A stretch of DNA of 64,000 nt. It comes from Candidatus Aldehydirespirator sp. Its GTDB lineage: Bacteria; Actinomycetota; Acidimicrobiia; Acidimicrobiales; Aldehydirespiratoraceae. Shown here piece after piece: positions 44,361 through 52,746 of the stretch. The stretch covers positions 2,399,595 through 2,463,594 of the forward strand of contig CBDHCM010000006.1 in assembly GCA_965261105.1 (NCBI GenBank). Direction: 5' to 3'. The translations under genes and the position numbers were made by a program. The notes under the pieces are model-generated. The model saw only the letters and a program-made list of their open reading frames with translations. It made no database searches and was not told where the DNA came from. The number at the start of each line of letters is the position of its first letter. Within the stretch, counting starts at the first letter, position 1.

Positions 44361-44748
44361 GCACCGCGCCGGCCACACCGCGCCAGCCACACCGCCGCAA
44401 GACCGTGCTGCGTCAAGCAAGCCGCCGCGCGGTGCACCACACCGCCGCAAGACCGTGCTGCGTCAAGCAAGCCGCCGCGCGGTGCACCACACCGCCGCAA
44501 GACCGTGCTGCGTCAAGCAAGCCGCCGCGCGGTGCACCACACCGCCGCAAGACCGTGCTGCGTCAAGCAAGCCGCCGCGCGGTGCACCACACCGCCGCAA
44601 GACCGTGCTGCGTCAAGCAAGCCGCCGCGCGGTGCACCACACCGCCGCAAGACCGTGCTGCGTCAAGCAAGCCGCCGCGCGGTGCACCACACCGCCGCAA
44701 GACCGTGCTGCGTCAAGCAAGCCGCCGCGCGGTGCACCACACCGCCGC
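44361..44748. repeat. 50-bp tandem repeat x7 (plus degenerate flanking partial units)
   Basis: ACCGCCGCAAGACCGTGCTGCGTCAAGCAAGCCGCCGCGCGGTGCACCAC, exact at 44391, 44441 ... 44691. No stop in any + frame, which explains three overlapping artefactual + ORFs. Confidence 0.95.
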
Positions 44749-44787
44749 GTCGAGGAGGCCACCCGCCACGAGCCCGCGCCCCACCAA

Positions 44788-45093
44788 TTAACCTGGATCC
44801 ACCGAAGCGGTGAGCGCACAGGGGTTGGCGCGTCCACCAGAAAGGCCTCCCGGCGGAGAATATGTGTGATGATCTGGTCTGACATGTTCGCCACGCGGGG
44901 AGGCACTTCCTGTGAGCAGCACACCAGGTGGGATCGACGGGCTGGAAACGGTGCTCGATCGCGGTTCGCCACGAACATCAAGCAGTTGACCACCCCACAT
45001 GTGGCAAACCGATTGAAGTTCGTTCTGTCAGTGGTGGCGTCGATGCTGGCGGACCATCCCCACCGGCCCGCCCATCGGTGGATCCAGGATTAA
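44788..45093. mobile_element. MITE-like element (~306 bp) with 18/19-nt terminal inverted repeats
   Basis: TTAACCTGGATCCACCGA (44788-44805) versus TCGGTGGATCCAGGATTAA (45075-45093). 15-nt direct repeat CCCGCGCCCCACCAA at 44773-44787 and 45107-45121. No convincing ORF inside. Confidence 0.55.
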
Positions 45094-45273
45094 GCCCCGA
45101 CCGCAACCCGCGCCCCACCAACCAAGCCGGCCGCTAGGAGACTGTTGAGCAACTGGGTTGTCAGCTGTCGGGTTGGGGGTGGTGGTTCGGGCGGTTGCGC
45201 CGGTGTTGGTGTGGTGTCGGCTTGTCGCGGCTTGGGCGGGTGTGGCCGGGCGCGGGCGCGGCGCCGGTCGGGG

Positions 45274-47103
45274 TCAGCCGGCGGCGGGGAGGGCGAATCC
45301 GGTGCCGTTGTGGGCGACGCCGAGGTTGGCGAGGCGAACGAGGTTGACGGCGGCGGCTCTGTTGGTGAGCCACAGGTGGTTGGCGGCGACGCCGCGGTAG
45401 GGGACGCGTCTGGCTTTGCCCCGTGCGAGCCAGGCGATGGAGCGTTCGACCATGGGCCGGTGCCGGCGGTAGGCGGCCTGGGTCAGCGGCTGCCGCCAGC
45501 GGGCCTTGTTGGCGCGGCGGTGGGCCTCGTGGGCGTCCACGGCGACGCTGCGGCCCCGCTGTGAGGTGGTGCAGCGCGCTCTGAGCGGGCAGCCGTCGCA
45601 GAGCCTGCCGAAACGGGCCGCGCCCGACGTGACGGGCCTGGTGTGCCCGGCGGGGCAGGTCACGGTCTGCGCGTCGGTGTCGATGCCGAAGTCCTCTCGG
45701 GTGAAGCCCCCCGCTATCGGCGGGCGGCGCTCGATGGGCTTGATGGCGGTGTCCCATCCGGCGTCTGTGAACGACTCGAGCGCCTCGCCCGACGCGTACG
45801 CGGAGTCCGCCAGCACCAACCAGCCCCCGTCGTCGCCGGTGTCGGTGTCGCCAGTGTCGGTGTCGGTGTCGCCGGTGTCGGTGGTGTCGGTGTCGGTGTC
45901 GGTGTCGCCGGTGTCGGTGGTGTCGTCGGTGTCGGTGTCGCCGGTGGTGTCGGTGTCGGTGTCGGTGGTGTCGGTGTCGGTGTCGGTGTCGTCGGTGTCG
46001 GTGTCGTCGTGGCCGCTGCCGGTGTGGTCGTGGTCGCCGTCGTCGTGGTCGCCGTCGTCGTGGCCGCTGCCGGTGGTGTCGGTGTCGGTGTGGTCGTGGC
46101 CGGTGCCGGTGTGGTCGCTGCCGGTGTGGTGGGTGGGGTCGGTGTTGAGGAGCCGGGCGCCGACTCTGGCGTCGGAGGCGTCGGCTGCGGTGAGCTCTGC
46201 CGCGGTGATGATGCCGGTGTCGGGCTCCGCGACGATGTGGGCCTTGTAGCCGTCGCGGCGCACAGAGCGGGTCTTGTGTGCGTGGCGGGCCTCGGGGTCC
46301 ACGGTGGAGATCACCCGGCCCGCGGCTGTGCGGCGCGCGATGCGCCGGCGCCCCGGCACCCTGGGGTCGGCCTCGACGTCTTGGCCGGCCACCGCGGCCA
46401 GCAGCGCCGCCGCGTCGGCCTGTTCGTCTGTGAGCTCGAGGCCCGCCGTCTCAGCGAGCACCGCACAGGCGTCTGTGACCAGCTCGTCTATGAGCCAGGC
46501 CCGCTCCCCGGGGTCAGACCAGTCACAAGACGGCTTGGCCCCCAGGCCATAGTCGAGCATCAACTCCAGGCCCGCCGTCTCAGCGATCAACCGCCGACAA
46601 CGCCGTATCTGCGCGGCGATCATCGTGTAGGTGTCCTGCGTCGCCACCGCGTCATACAGCACCGTGGAGTCCAACGCCCGCCGCCGGCTCCCCGCCAGCG
46701 CCCCGCAGGACCCCGCCAGATCCCGCACCGCGTCAAAGACCCGCTGCGGGCGGCCGCTGACGCGCAGCCTGTGCCGCCACAGCGACAACACGCTGTAATG
46801 GAACCCCGCATCGTCCACCGACAGGCCCGCAGCGGCCTTCCAGCGCAGATCACACCGCAGCCGCTCAACAGCCTCACGGTCAGAGCACCCCTCCAGCGCC
46901 TGCAACACCAGCACCGTCGCCACCACCGAACCCGGCACCGACGGCCGGCCCCGACCCCCGAACAAGTCAGCGAACAACCCGTCAGGAAACAGCCTCAGAC
47001 GGTTCTCGGCCAAGAACCGGTAAACCGACCCCACCCGCACCAGACCCCCGCACAAGCCCAACACGTCCAACAACTCCCGATCCGGCTTCTCAGTACCCTG
47101 CAT
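45274..47103 (-). CDS. IS1182-family DDE transposase with a ~95-aa Thr/Asp/Gly/His low-complexity insert
   Basis: N-terminal LFADLF..GRPSVPGSVVATVLVLQ, VDPEARH, LVLADSAYASGE, YRRHRPMVERSIAWL. Insert (TDTD/GDHD)n encoded by GTGTCG-type hexamers. Confidence 0.85.
   Translation of the reverse strand: MQGTEKPDRELLDVLGLCGGLVRVGSVYRFLAENRLRLFPDGLFADLFGGRGRPSVPGSVVATVLVLQALEGCSDREAVERLRCDLRWKAAAGLSVDDAGFHYSVLSLWRHRLRVSGRPQRVFDAVRDLAGSCGALAGSRRRALDSTVLYDAVATQDTYTMIAAQIRRCRRLIAETAGLELMLDYGLGAKPSCDWSDPGERAWLIDELVTDACAVLAETAGLELTDEQADAAALLAAVAGQDVEADPRVPGRRRIARRTAAGRVISTVDPEARHAHKTRSVRRDGYKAHIVAEPDTGIITAAELTAADASDARVGARLLNTDPTHHTGSDHTGTGHDHTDTDTTGSGHDDGDHDDGDHDHTGSGHDDTDTDDTDTDTDTTDTDTDTTGDTDTDDTTDTGDTDTDTDTTDTGDTDTDTGDTDTGDDGGWLVLADSAYASGEALESFTDAGWDTAIKPIERRPPIAGGFTREDFGIDTDAQTVTCPAGHTRPVTSGAARFGRLCDGCPLRARCTTSQRGRSVAVDAHEAHRRANKARWRQPLTQAAYRRHRPMVERSIAWLARGKARRVPYRGVAANHLWLTNRAAAVNLVRLANLGVAHNGTGFALPAAG
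45832..46140. repeat. hexanucleotide microsatellite-like tract (GTGTCG/GTGGTC variants) inside the transposase gene
   Basis: About 300 bp of imperfect 6-nt periodic sequence, read directly. Confidence 0.9.
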
Positions 47104-47169
47104 ACCTACAATTCTCGCACACCCCCCACACGAACGCGAGCACCCCGAACCGGATTACTCAACAGTCTC

Positions 47170-49005
47170 CTAGGCGAGGGTGAACAGCGGCTCGGGCTGC
47201 CGGGTTTCGGCCAAGGGGCTTTCGGCCAGGTTGACTCGGTCAGGTGCCGCCCGGGCGATGGAGCCTGCCCCGGGGTGCCTTGCTGTATTGCGCGGGGTCG
47301 GGGGCCCGTGGGCTGGCGGGGGGTCGGCGGCGTGTGCGGGTCCGTAGCGAGTCCGCTCAGGCGGTGCGATGGTGTAAAGGCCCCGCCCGTCGGGCACCAC
47401 CCGCCAACCGTGATGATGCACCTTCTGGTGGCAGGCCCAGCACAACAACATCATGTTGTCGATGTTGGTGGGCCCGCCTTGTGACACCGGTCTGATGTGA
47501 TGGCCCTGGCATACCCACATGTCGGCGCCACAGCCAGCGCAGGCTCCGTAGAGGGCCCGCAGCGCGCTCATCTGGGCCTTGGTGGCGAGCCGTTTGGCGT
47601 GGCTGAGCCACAACGGCAAGCCCTCATGGCTGAACACCACCCCCTTGATCCTGGCGTTACAGAAATACTCCTCGAGCACGCTCGGGGGGATCACACCGCC
47701 ACCGGCGACCTCCGCGAACGCGTCGGTGCCATCCGCGCTGAGATGCTGCACGATGGTGATATCAGCCGACGGCCGACCCCCACACCCGCACTTACCGCCG
47801 CCGATTGTCCGGCTCGAATCATCGCCACCACTGGTCAGGCTCAAACTCGCGCTCCCGGCCGAGCCCACACCGCCACCGGCCGAGCCCACACCGCCACCGG
47901 CCGAGCCCACATCGCCACCGGCCGAGAGGACATCACCACCGGCCGAGCCCACACCGCCACCGGCCGAGCCCACACCGCCACCGGCCGAGCCCACACCGCC
48001 ACCGGCCGAGCCCACACCGCCACCGGCCGAGCCCACACCGCCACCGGCCGAGCCCACACCGCCACCGGCCGAGCCCACACCGCCACCGGCCGAGCCCACA
48101 CCGCCACCGGCCGAGCCCACACCGCCACCGGCCGAGCTCACATCGCCACCATTGCCGTTGTGGCTCACGTTGCCTCGATCCTCGTTCGAGCCGTTGTCGG
48201 GCCCGCCCACGCCACTGCCGCTATCGGTGCCGCCGCGGCCGTTTCCGCTGGGTGTCGCGCTGCCGGCCTTGGAGTAGATGCTTCCGTGCTCGGTCAAAGT
48301 GTCGAGCGAGTCGGCCATGCGCTGGTTGAGGCTGCGCTTCTCCCCGCCAGGACTGTGCAGATCCACACGCCGCAGCCGCTCCACCTCCAACAAGAACCGC
48401 TTGCGCACCTTGGCACCCGCCACCGGGTCCAACTCGCCCCGCAGATGCACCATGCCGTCGTCGCCGTCCCAGATGCTCAACCGCCGACGAGCCCGCTGGC
48501 GCCGATACTCACCCTCGCCGCCGTCGTCCTGACGCTTCACCGCCCAGCGGCCGGCCTCGCGGGCGAACTGCTCGACAGACAGCTCAGCGGCCTTCTCCAA
48601 CAACTCGGCGTCGCCGTTTACCTGGTCGGCGCTCGTCTTGGCTGAAGCTCTCGCCAGCGTCTTGGCGTTGGCAACAGAGATCTGGCCGGTTTCCACCGCG
48701 TCGCGCACCGCGGGCATCGACTGCAGGCTCTGCGCGGTCTGGACCTGCCCCGCAGCGTCCCGCCGCGACAGCCCCACGGACCGCGCCAGCACCCCGACAC
48801 CCGAATCGCCGTGACGCTCACGGGCTGCGACCACCACCGCAGCGTCGGCCTGCAGCACCGACACCTGAGCACCGAGAGCCTTCGACGCGCTCAGCACCTC
48901 CCGCACATCCGCAATCGGCGTGGAGGGGTCGTTGACGAGCCGGATCAGCTCTGCGAGCCCTTCCCGCACCTGATCCCGCAACTGGAATGCCGTCTCGATA
49001 CCCAT
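47170..49005 (-). CDS. DUF222 + HNH endonuclease domain protein (13E12-repeat-like), copy 2, with internal Gly-rich repeat
   Basis: ARERHGDSGVGVL, LSIWDGDDGMVHLRGELDPVAGA, CAGCGADMWVCQGHHIRPVSQGGPTNIDNMMLLCWACHQKVH. About 65% identical to copy 1 by eye. Its TAG stop lies inside the IS right IR. Confidence 0.85.
   Translation of the reverse strand: MGIETAFQLRDQVREGLAELIRLVNDPSTPIADVREVLSASKALGAQVSVLQADAAVVVAARERHGDSGVGVLARSVGLSRRDAAGQVQTAQSLQSMPAVRDAVETGQISVANAKTLARASAKTSADQVNGDAELLEKAAELSVEQFAREAGRWAVKRQDDGGEGEYRRQRARRRLSIWDGDDGMVHLRGELDPVAGAKVRKRFLLEVERLRRVDLHSPGGEKRSLNQRMADSLDTLTEHGSIYSKAGSATPSGNGRGGTDSGSGVGGPDNGSNEDRGNVSHNGNGGDVSSAGGGVGSAGGGVGSAGGGVGSAGGGVGSAGGGVGSAGGGVGSAGGGVGSAGGGVGSAGGGVGSAGGDVLSAGGDVGSAGGGVGSAGGGVGSAGSASLSLTSGGDDSSRTIGGGKCGCGGRPSADITIVQHLSADGTDAFAEVAGGGVIPPSVLEEYFCNARIKGVVFSHEGLPLWLSHAKRLATKAQMSALRALYGACAGCGADMWVCQGHHIRPVSQGGPTNIDNMMLLCWACHQKVHHHGWRVVPDGRGLYTIAPPERTRYGPAHAADPPPAHGPPTPRNTARHPGAGSIARAAPDRVNLAESPLAETRQPEPLFTLA
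47861..48150. repeat. 21-bp tandem repeat x~13.8 inside DUF222-HNH copy 2 (encodes (GGGVGSA)n on the minus strand)
   Basis: GAGCCCACACCGCCACCGGCC units from 47861, mostly exact; absent from copy 1. Confidence 0.95.
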
Positions 49006-49011
49006 GAACAC

Positions 49012-49041
49012 ATCATGCCATAGGGGTGTGACAACTGTCAA
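49012..49041 (-). promoter_or_regulatory. putative leaderless promoter of DUF222-HNH copy 2 (TTGACA-N18-CATGAT-N6-ATG)
   Basis: Read on the minus strand; architecture shared with copy 1. Confidence 0.5.
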
Positions 49042-49167
49042 GCATTTACATGATCTTACAAGATAACTCAATACTCTATCGACAGACCGCCGCCCTCGGC
49101 CCGGGCAGCATGAAGGCGACGACCGCGCCAGCCCCCTCGGACCAGCGGCTGAGCCCCTTCAGACTGT

Positions 49168-50394
49168 TCAGGCAGCGAGCGCGGCGCCTGAGGCCTCAGA
49201 GCGCAGCAAGCGAACACGCTGGGCCAAGCGGTCGATGGTCGCGTGAATGTCCTCGATTGAGCCCGCAAGGTCAACGGCGAAGACCTCCAGCCGCTTGCCC
49301 GAGCCGGGGATCACGTATGTGACCGGTTCAGCCTCGCCTTTGGCATAGACCAACAGCCCGCCGGGCAGATCGAGCGCAGTGGCGTAGGCGAGAATCTGAT
49401 AGAGATCGGCGTTCGGGGCGCCCCTCACGTCGATCCGCTTGTACTTCGCATCGCCGACAAACGTGCAGGTACGACCGTCCCACCACGTGAGATCAGGCTC
49501 GAGGCGGAGCCTCTTACCCTCGGCGAGGAAGATGGGCCGGGGAAGTCGCTTGTCGGATCGAAGCGTGCGCTCGGAGACGCCGAGAGACTCCCGGAGAGCC
49601 CGCGTGACGAACCCTTGGAACACATCGTTCATGTTGATCAGGAAGCCCGAGGCTCGGGTTGCACCACGATCCAGTTCCAATGCCTGATGCCGCAGGATCA
49701 ACCGCGAGAGCGACACCACCTCTCGGTAGTGCTCGTTGAGCCTGTCGAAAGCGACCTCCGGCACCTCCTGCGGAGGGAACCGAACAGGCGTGACGTTGGC
49801 GAGCGTCGCGCTCATCCACCGCAGACCGTCCCGCGAGCGCGAATCCTCGAGACGCTCCCGTCCGAGAAGCTCAGCCGCGGCCTTCGCCAAGCGGTTCGCC
49901 AGCATGTCGTCGGTGAATTCGTCGTAGCTAACCTCCACCGGCACGAGCACGTCGAACCTTCGCCTGAGCTGCTCTGCCATGTCGATTCGCCCACGGATAG
50001 TTCGCAGCGCGTCCTGCTCGGTCCGATAACCGTGCAGCAGCCCCTGGGCGAAGGCTCGGCGAGCGGCGGAGGTCAGCGCGAGGGCCAGCGCCTCGACCAG
50101 CGTGGGCTCCGACTTGAAATCGAAGCGCTCTTTCCTGGGCTTGTAGGCCCCCATCGCGTACGAGGCCAAGTAGATCACACGCGAGATGTCCAACTTGGGG
50201 CGCACGGCGATGGACAAGTCCCCCAACTCGAGAGCGCCGATAACGGCCTCGGGCCGAAGGCGGTAGAGGTCGCTCTCGCCAGGAACGGCCTGGATCGTGA
50301 GTGACGGCAGCGCCTCCTTGAGCGTGTCGCGCTCGGCGACGCTCAACCGCTGCGGCTCGCTCTCTCGGTACTCCTGAAGCTCAATCTGACGCAT
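49168..50394 (-). CDS. mcrC: McrC-family restriction endonuclease subunit
   Basis: 408 aa. C-terminal PD-(D/E)xK-like FVGDAKYKR...DLYQILAYA. Start overlaps the mcrB-like stop by 14 nt. Lower GC than its surroundings. Confidence 0.75.
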   Translation of the reverse strand: MRQIELQEYRESEPQRLSVAERDTLKEALPSLTIQAVPGESDLYRLRPEAVIGALELGDLSIAVRPKLDISRVIYLASYAMGAYKPRKERFDFKSEPTLVEALALALTSAARRAFAQGLLHGYRTEQDALRTIRGRIDMAEQLRRRFDVLVPVEVSYDEFTDDMLANRLAKAAAELLGRERLEDSRSRDGLRWMSATLANVTPVRFPPQEVPEVAFDRLNEHYREVVSLSRLILRHQALELDRGATRASGFLINMNDVFQGFVTRALRESLGVSERTLRSDKRLPRPIFLAEGKRLRLEPDLTWWDGRTCTFVGDAKYKRIDVRGAPNADLYQILAYATALDLPGGLLVYAKGEAEPVTYVIPGSGKRLEVFAVDLAGSIEDIHATIDRLAQRVRLLRSEASGAALAA

Positions 50395-51916
50395 CGCCGC
50401 TGTCTAGGTGTTCTTCGAGTTCGTTGTCAGCGCCAGCATCGGGCTCGGTCTCGCCTTCGGCCGTTTGCCTCAGACGGTCGAGCTTGAACTCGTCAAGCCG
50501 ATCGCGCTCGCCGTAGAGCTGCTCCTCAATGTACGGCAGGACGTTGTGCTCCCAGATCAGACCCGCCATCTCCTCGTCGAGACCGTCCGGCCGCATGAAG
50601 TAGGTCGGGCCGATGGCCGCGTGACGATCGGACAACTTCTCGTTGGCGCGATCCACGACGTCCGCGACCCATTCCATTCCACTCGCGTTCTCTTCCAGCC
50701 AACTCCGAAGCAGGCCTTGCACGGGCGCTTTGTCCGGATGGAACTCCACAAAGTGGAACCGCCGCCGCAGCGCGAGGTCGACAAGAGCGATGGAGCGGTC
50801 AGCAGTGTTCATGGTGCCGATGATCCACAGGTTCTTGGGTAGGGAGAACGGCTTGTCGGAGTATTGGAGACGCATTTGGACATCGCGGTACTCCAGCAGG
50901 AAGTACAACTCCCCGAACACCTTGGAGATGTTCCCCCTGTTGATCTCATCAATTACGAGCACATGCGTCTTTCCTGGTTCTAGCCGTGCCTTGTCGGCCA
51001 TCTCCAACAACGGACCATCCTTGAGGTTGAAGCCATGACGGTTGCTTTCGAGCGTGGGACGGAACCCCTGCACGAAGTCCTCGTAGGCGTATGACGGGTG
51101 AAACTGAACGACCCGAACCCGATCGGGTGACTCTGCCAGACACTCGGCCAGCGCCTGAGCGACATGGGTCTTGCTGGTCCCCGGAGGCCCTTGAAAGATG
51201 ACCTGTTTCTTGTCGCGCAGCAGCGTCTCGATCTTGCGCAGATGGCTGACGTCCCACAACAACTCGTAGGCAAGCTCCTCCAGGCCGAAGGGGGACGGTG
51301 GGTGTTTGGCGACGTAGTACATCCGCCAGAGGATCGACTCAGCTTCAAGACGGTCTCTGGGTGAGTCGCTACTGCTCTCAATGAGTCGATCGAGGAAGGA
51401 CACCGCGTGCTCGTAGGCGGATGCCTCATCCGCATCCCGGGCGGGCTGCGGATGACCAGTGTGCTTGTAGGCCCTGTCGAACTGCCGGAACTTATAGGGC
51501 GGAAAGTTGGGACCCAGCGCCATCAGAAGCACCGATAGCGGCCTCAGTCCCGATCCCTTACGCTTCACGCCCAGTTCGGGCGGCACTGCGTCGAAGAAGT
51601 TGCGGATGCGTTCGCTCGCAGGTACGGACTCCTCAGTCCAGAGGGCTCTCAGAGCATTCAGCGCGTCGTCGGACCCATACCGAAACCACTTCTTGAGTGG
51701 TGCGCCGGCATGCCAATTGAACAAGTCGTCCTTGAGGGTGACGCCCTTGACCACCAGACCCGGCCAGTCGCTGCTTCCGGCACGAACCGCATGGAGCGCA
51801 GGGCGGAGTCCTTCTATGACCCCACGCTTCCACTCCACGATCTCTTCGATCTCCCCAAAATCGATCAGGCTTCGCGCGGTCTCGATGTAGTCGGTGTAGC
51901 GATTGCCTCCAGCCAT
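50381..51916 (-). CDS. mcrB: McrB-family AAA+ GTPase with unrecognised ~270-aa N-terminal domain
   Basis: GPPGTSKTH (Walker A), VLVIDEINRGNISKVFGEL (McrB DEINR signature), IIGTMNTADRS, RRRF. GAGAGGAG Shine-Dalgarno upstream of ATG 51916. Confidence 0.8.
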   Translation of the reverse strand: MAGGNRYTDYIETARSLIDFGEIEEIVEWKRGVIEGLRPALHAVRAGSSDWPGLVVKGVTLKDDLFNWHAGAPLKKWFRYGSDDALNALRALWTEESVPASERIRNFFDAVPPELGVKRKGSGLRPLSVLLMALGPNFPPYKFRQFDRAYKHTGHPQPARDADEASAYEHAVSFLDRLIESSSDSPRDRLEAESILWRMYYVAKHPPSPFGLEELAYELLWDVSHLRKIETLLRDKKQVIFQGPPGTSKTHVAQALAECLAESPDRVRVVQFHPSYAYEDFVQGFRPTLESNRHGFNLKDGPLLEMADKARLEPGKTHVLVIDEINRGNISKVFGELYFLLEYRDVQMRLQYSDKPFSLPKNLWIIGTMNTADRSIALVDLALRRRFHFVEFHPDKAPVQGLLRSWLEENASGMEWVADVVDRANEKLSDRHAAIGPTYFMRPDGLDEEMAGLIWEHNVLPYIEEQLYGERDRLDEFKLDRLRQTAEGETEPDAGADNELEEHLDSGDASD

Positions 51917-52107
51917 GTCTTGCGACACTCCTCTCGTCACCAAGGGCCTCGACGATGTGCCCACCGCCGCTGTTGCGCAGGATCCTAGAGCTTGCATGTG
52001 ACAGGCAGCCTCGAATTGGCTCGGGGCTCGGTCGTCGGCTTCCCTGCAGGGCCGGAGTCGTGGGCCCCGTGGGGAGACTCCAAGGCCCGTAGGGGTTCGC
52101 GAAGCCG

Positions 52108-52365
52108 TCAGGCGTTGGTGGCTATTCGGTATAACTCGCCGATTAGGTCGTCGTAGCGGCCGGCGGCCAGGGTGATGGCGTAGGCGGCGCCCACTGCGCT
52201 ACCCAGGATCGCCACGGGCAGGCGATCGAGAACCCGCTTGGCACCCGGTAGGGCGTGCGGCAGCACGGCCGGCAGCAGGGTGGGCAGCAGCGCCGCCGCG
52301 GGCACCAGCGCCGCCAGCGTGCAGGCGACGCCGATGGAGCCCACTCCCTCCAGGAAGATCGCCAC
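52108..52365 (-). CDS. small hydrophobic protein (2-3 TM), function unknown
   Basis: 85 aa, high third-position GC consistent with host coding; no recognisable motif. Confidence 0.4.
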   Translation of the reverse strand: MAIFLEGVGSIGVACTLAALVPAAALLPTLLPAVLPHALPGAKRVLDRLPVAILGSAVGAAYAITLAAGRYDDLIGELYRIATNA

Positions 52366-52448
52366 GGTGCTCAGCCTCCGACTGGCGAGTGCACGCCCAC
52401 AAGCAAGATCTGAACGCGACGTATTACATATCGTGATACGCTTCGCTC

Positions 52449-52688
52449 ATGGCCCGTGCGATATCGGTACGACTCGACGAGGCGGCTCTCCGCGCCTTGA
52501 GCCAGCTAGAGGCTCATGGCCTGACACAGTCGGAGGCCATCCGATCATCGCTGGTGCATGAAGCCGCACGGATGAGCGCCCGCCAGGCGCTGGCAGCGGA
52601 AGTCGCCGCCCTGGAGGCCGACGAGGCCGACCGAGCCGAGATGAGCGACGTCGCCAGTCTCATGGAACAGCTCCGTGCGCCGGAGTGA
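52449..52688 (+). CDS. ribbon-helix-helix antitoxin (MazE/CopG-like)
   Basis: MARAISVRLDEAALRALSQLEAHGLTQSEAIRSSL is a typical RHH N-terminus; upstream of a PemK/MazF gene. Confidence 0.7.
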   Translation: MARAISVRLDEAALRALSQLEAHGLTQSEAIRSSLVHEAARMSARQALAAEVAALEADEADRAEMSDVASLMEQLRAPE

Positions 52689-52746
52689 GTCCGGCGTGAG
52701 CGGCTCGACGCCGGATCGTCGGGAACAGCTCCGTGCGCCGGGGTGA
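52664..52746. repeat. 25-nt direct repeat, period 58 bp, duplicating the antitoxin-stop / toxin-start junction
   Basis: GGAACAGCTCCGTGCGCCGGAGTGA (52664-52688) versus GGAACAGCTCCGTGCGCCGGGGTGA (52722-52746). The first holds the antitoxin TGA, the second the toxin GTG (52733). Confidence 0.9.

Larger units (their letters stand above)
45134..47173 (-). mobile_element. IS1182-family (IS5-like) insertion sequence, 2040 bp
   Basis: Terminal inverted repeats CTAGGAGACTGTTGAG(C/T)AA at 45134-45152 and 47155-47173, enclosing one transposase ORF. Ends in CTAG on both sides. Confidence 0.85.

Noticed and set aside
33182-44748. Possibility that the 50-56-bp arrays are CRISPR arrays
   Set aside because: Units are directly adjacent with no unique spacers, and no cas genes are in the window.
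44219-45093. Three overlapping + ORFs (190-258 aa) with repeated PPQDRAASSKPPRGAPHRRKTVLRQASRRAVHHTAARPCCVKQAAARCTT
   Set aside because: They are the three frames of a 50-bp (non-multiple-of-3) exact tandem repeat. There is no start context or coding bias.
45643-48645. 613-aa and 382-aa + ORFs over the IS transposase and HNH copy 2; also 22300..23727 + over HNH copy 1
   Set aside because: Antisense shadows. The minus-strand products carry DDE and HNH motifs.
52084-52106. GGCCCGTAGGGGTTCGCGAAGCC resembling the tRNA-Val(GAC) 3' end (possible att remnant)
   Set aside because: Only a 9-mer (CCGTAGGGG) is exact. A match of that length is expected by chance in 2 x 64 kb.
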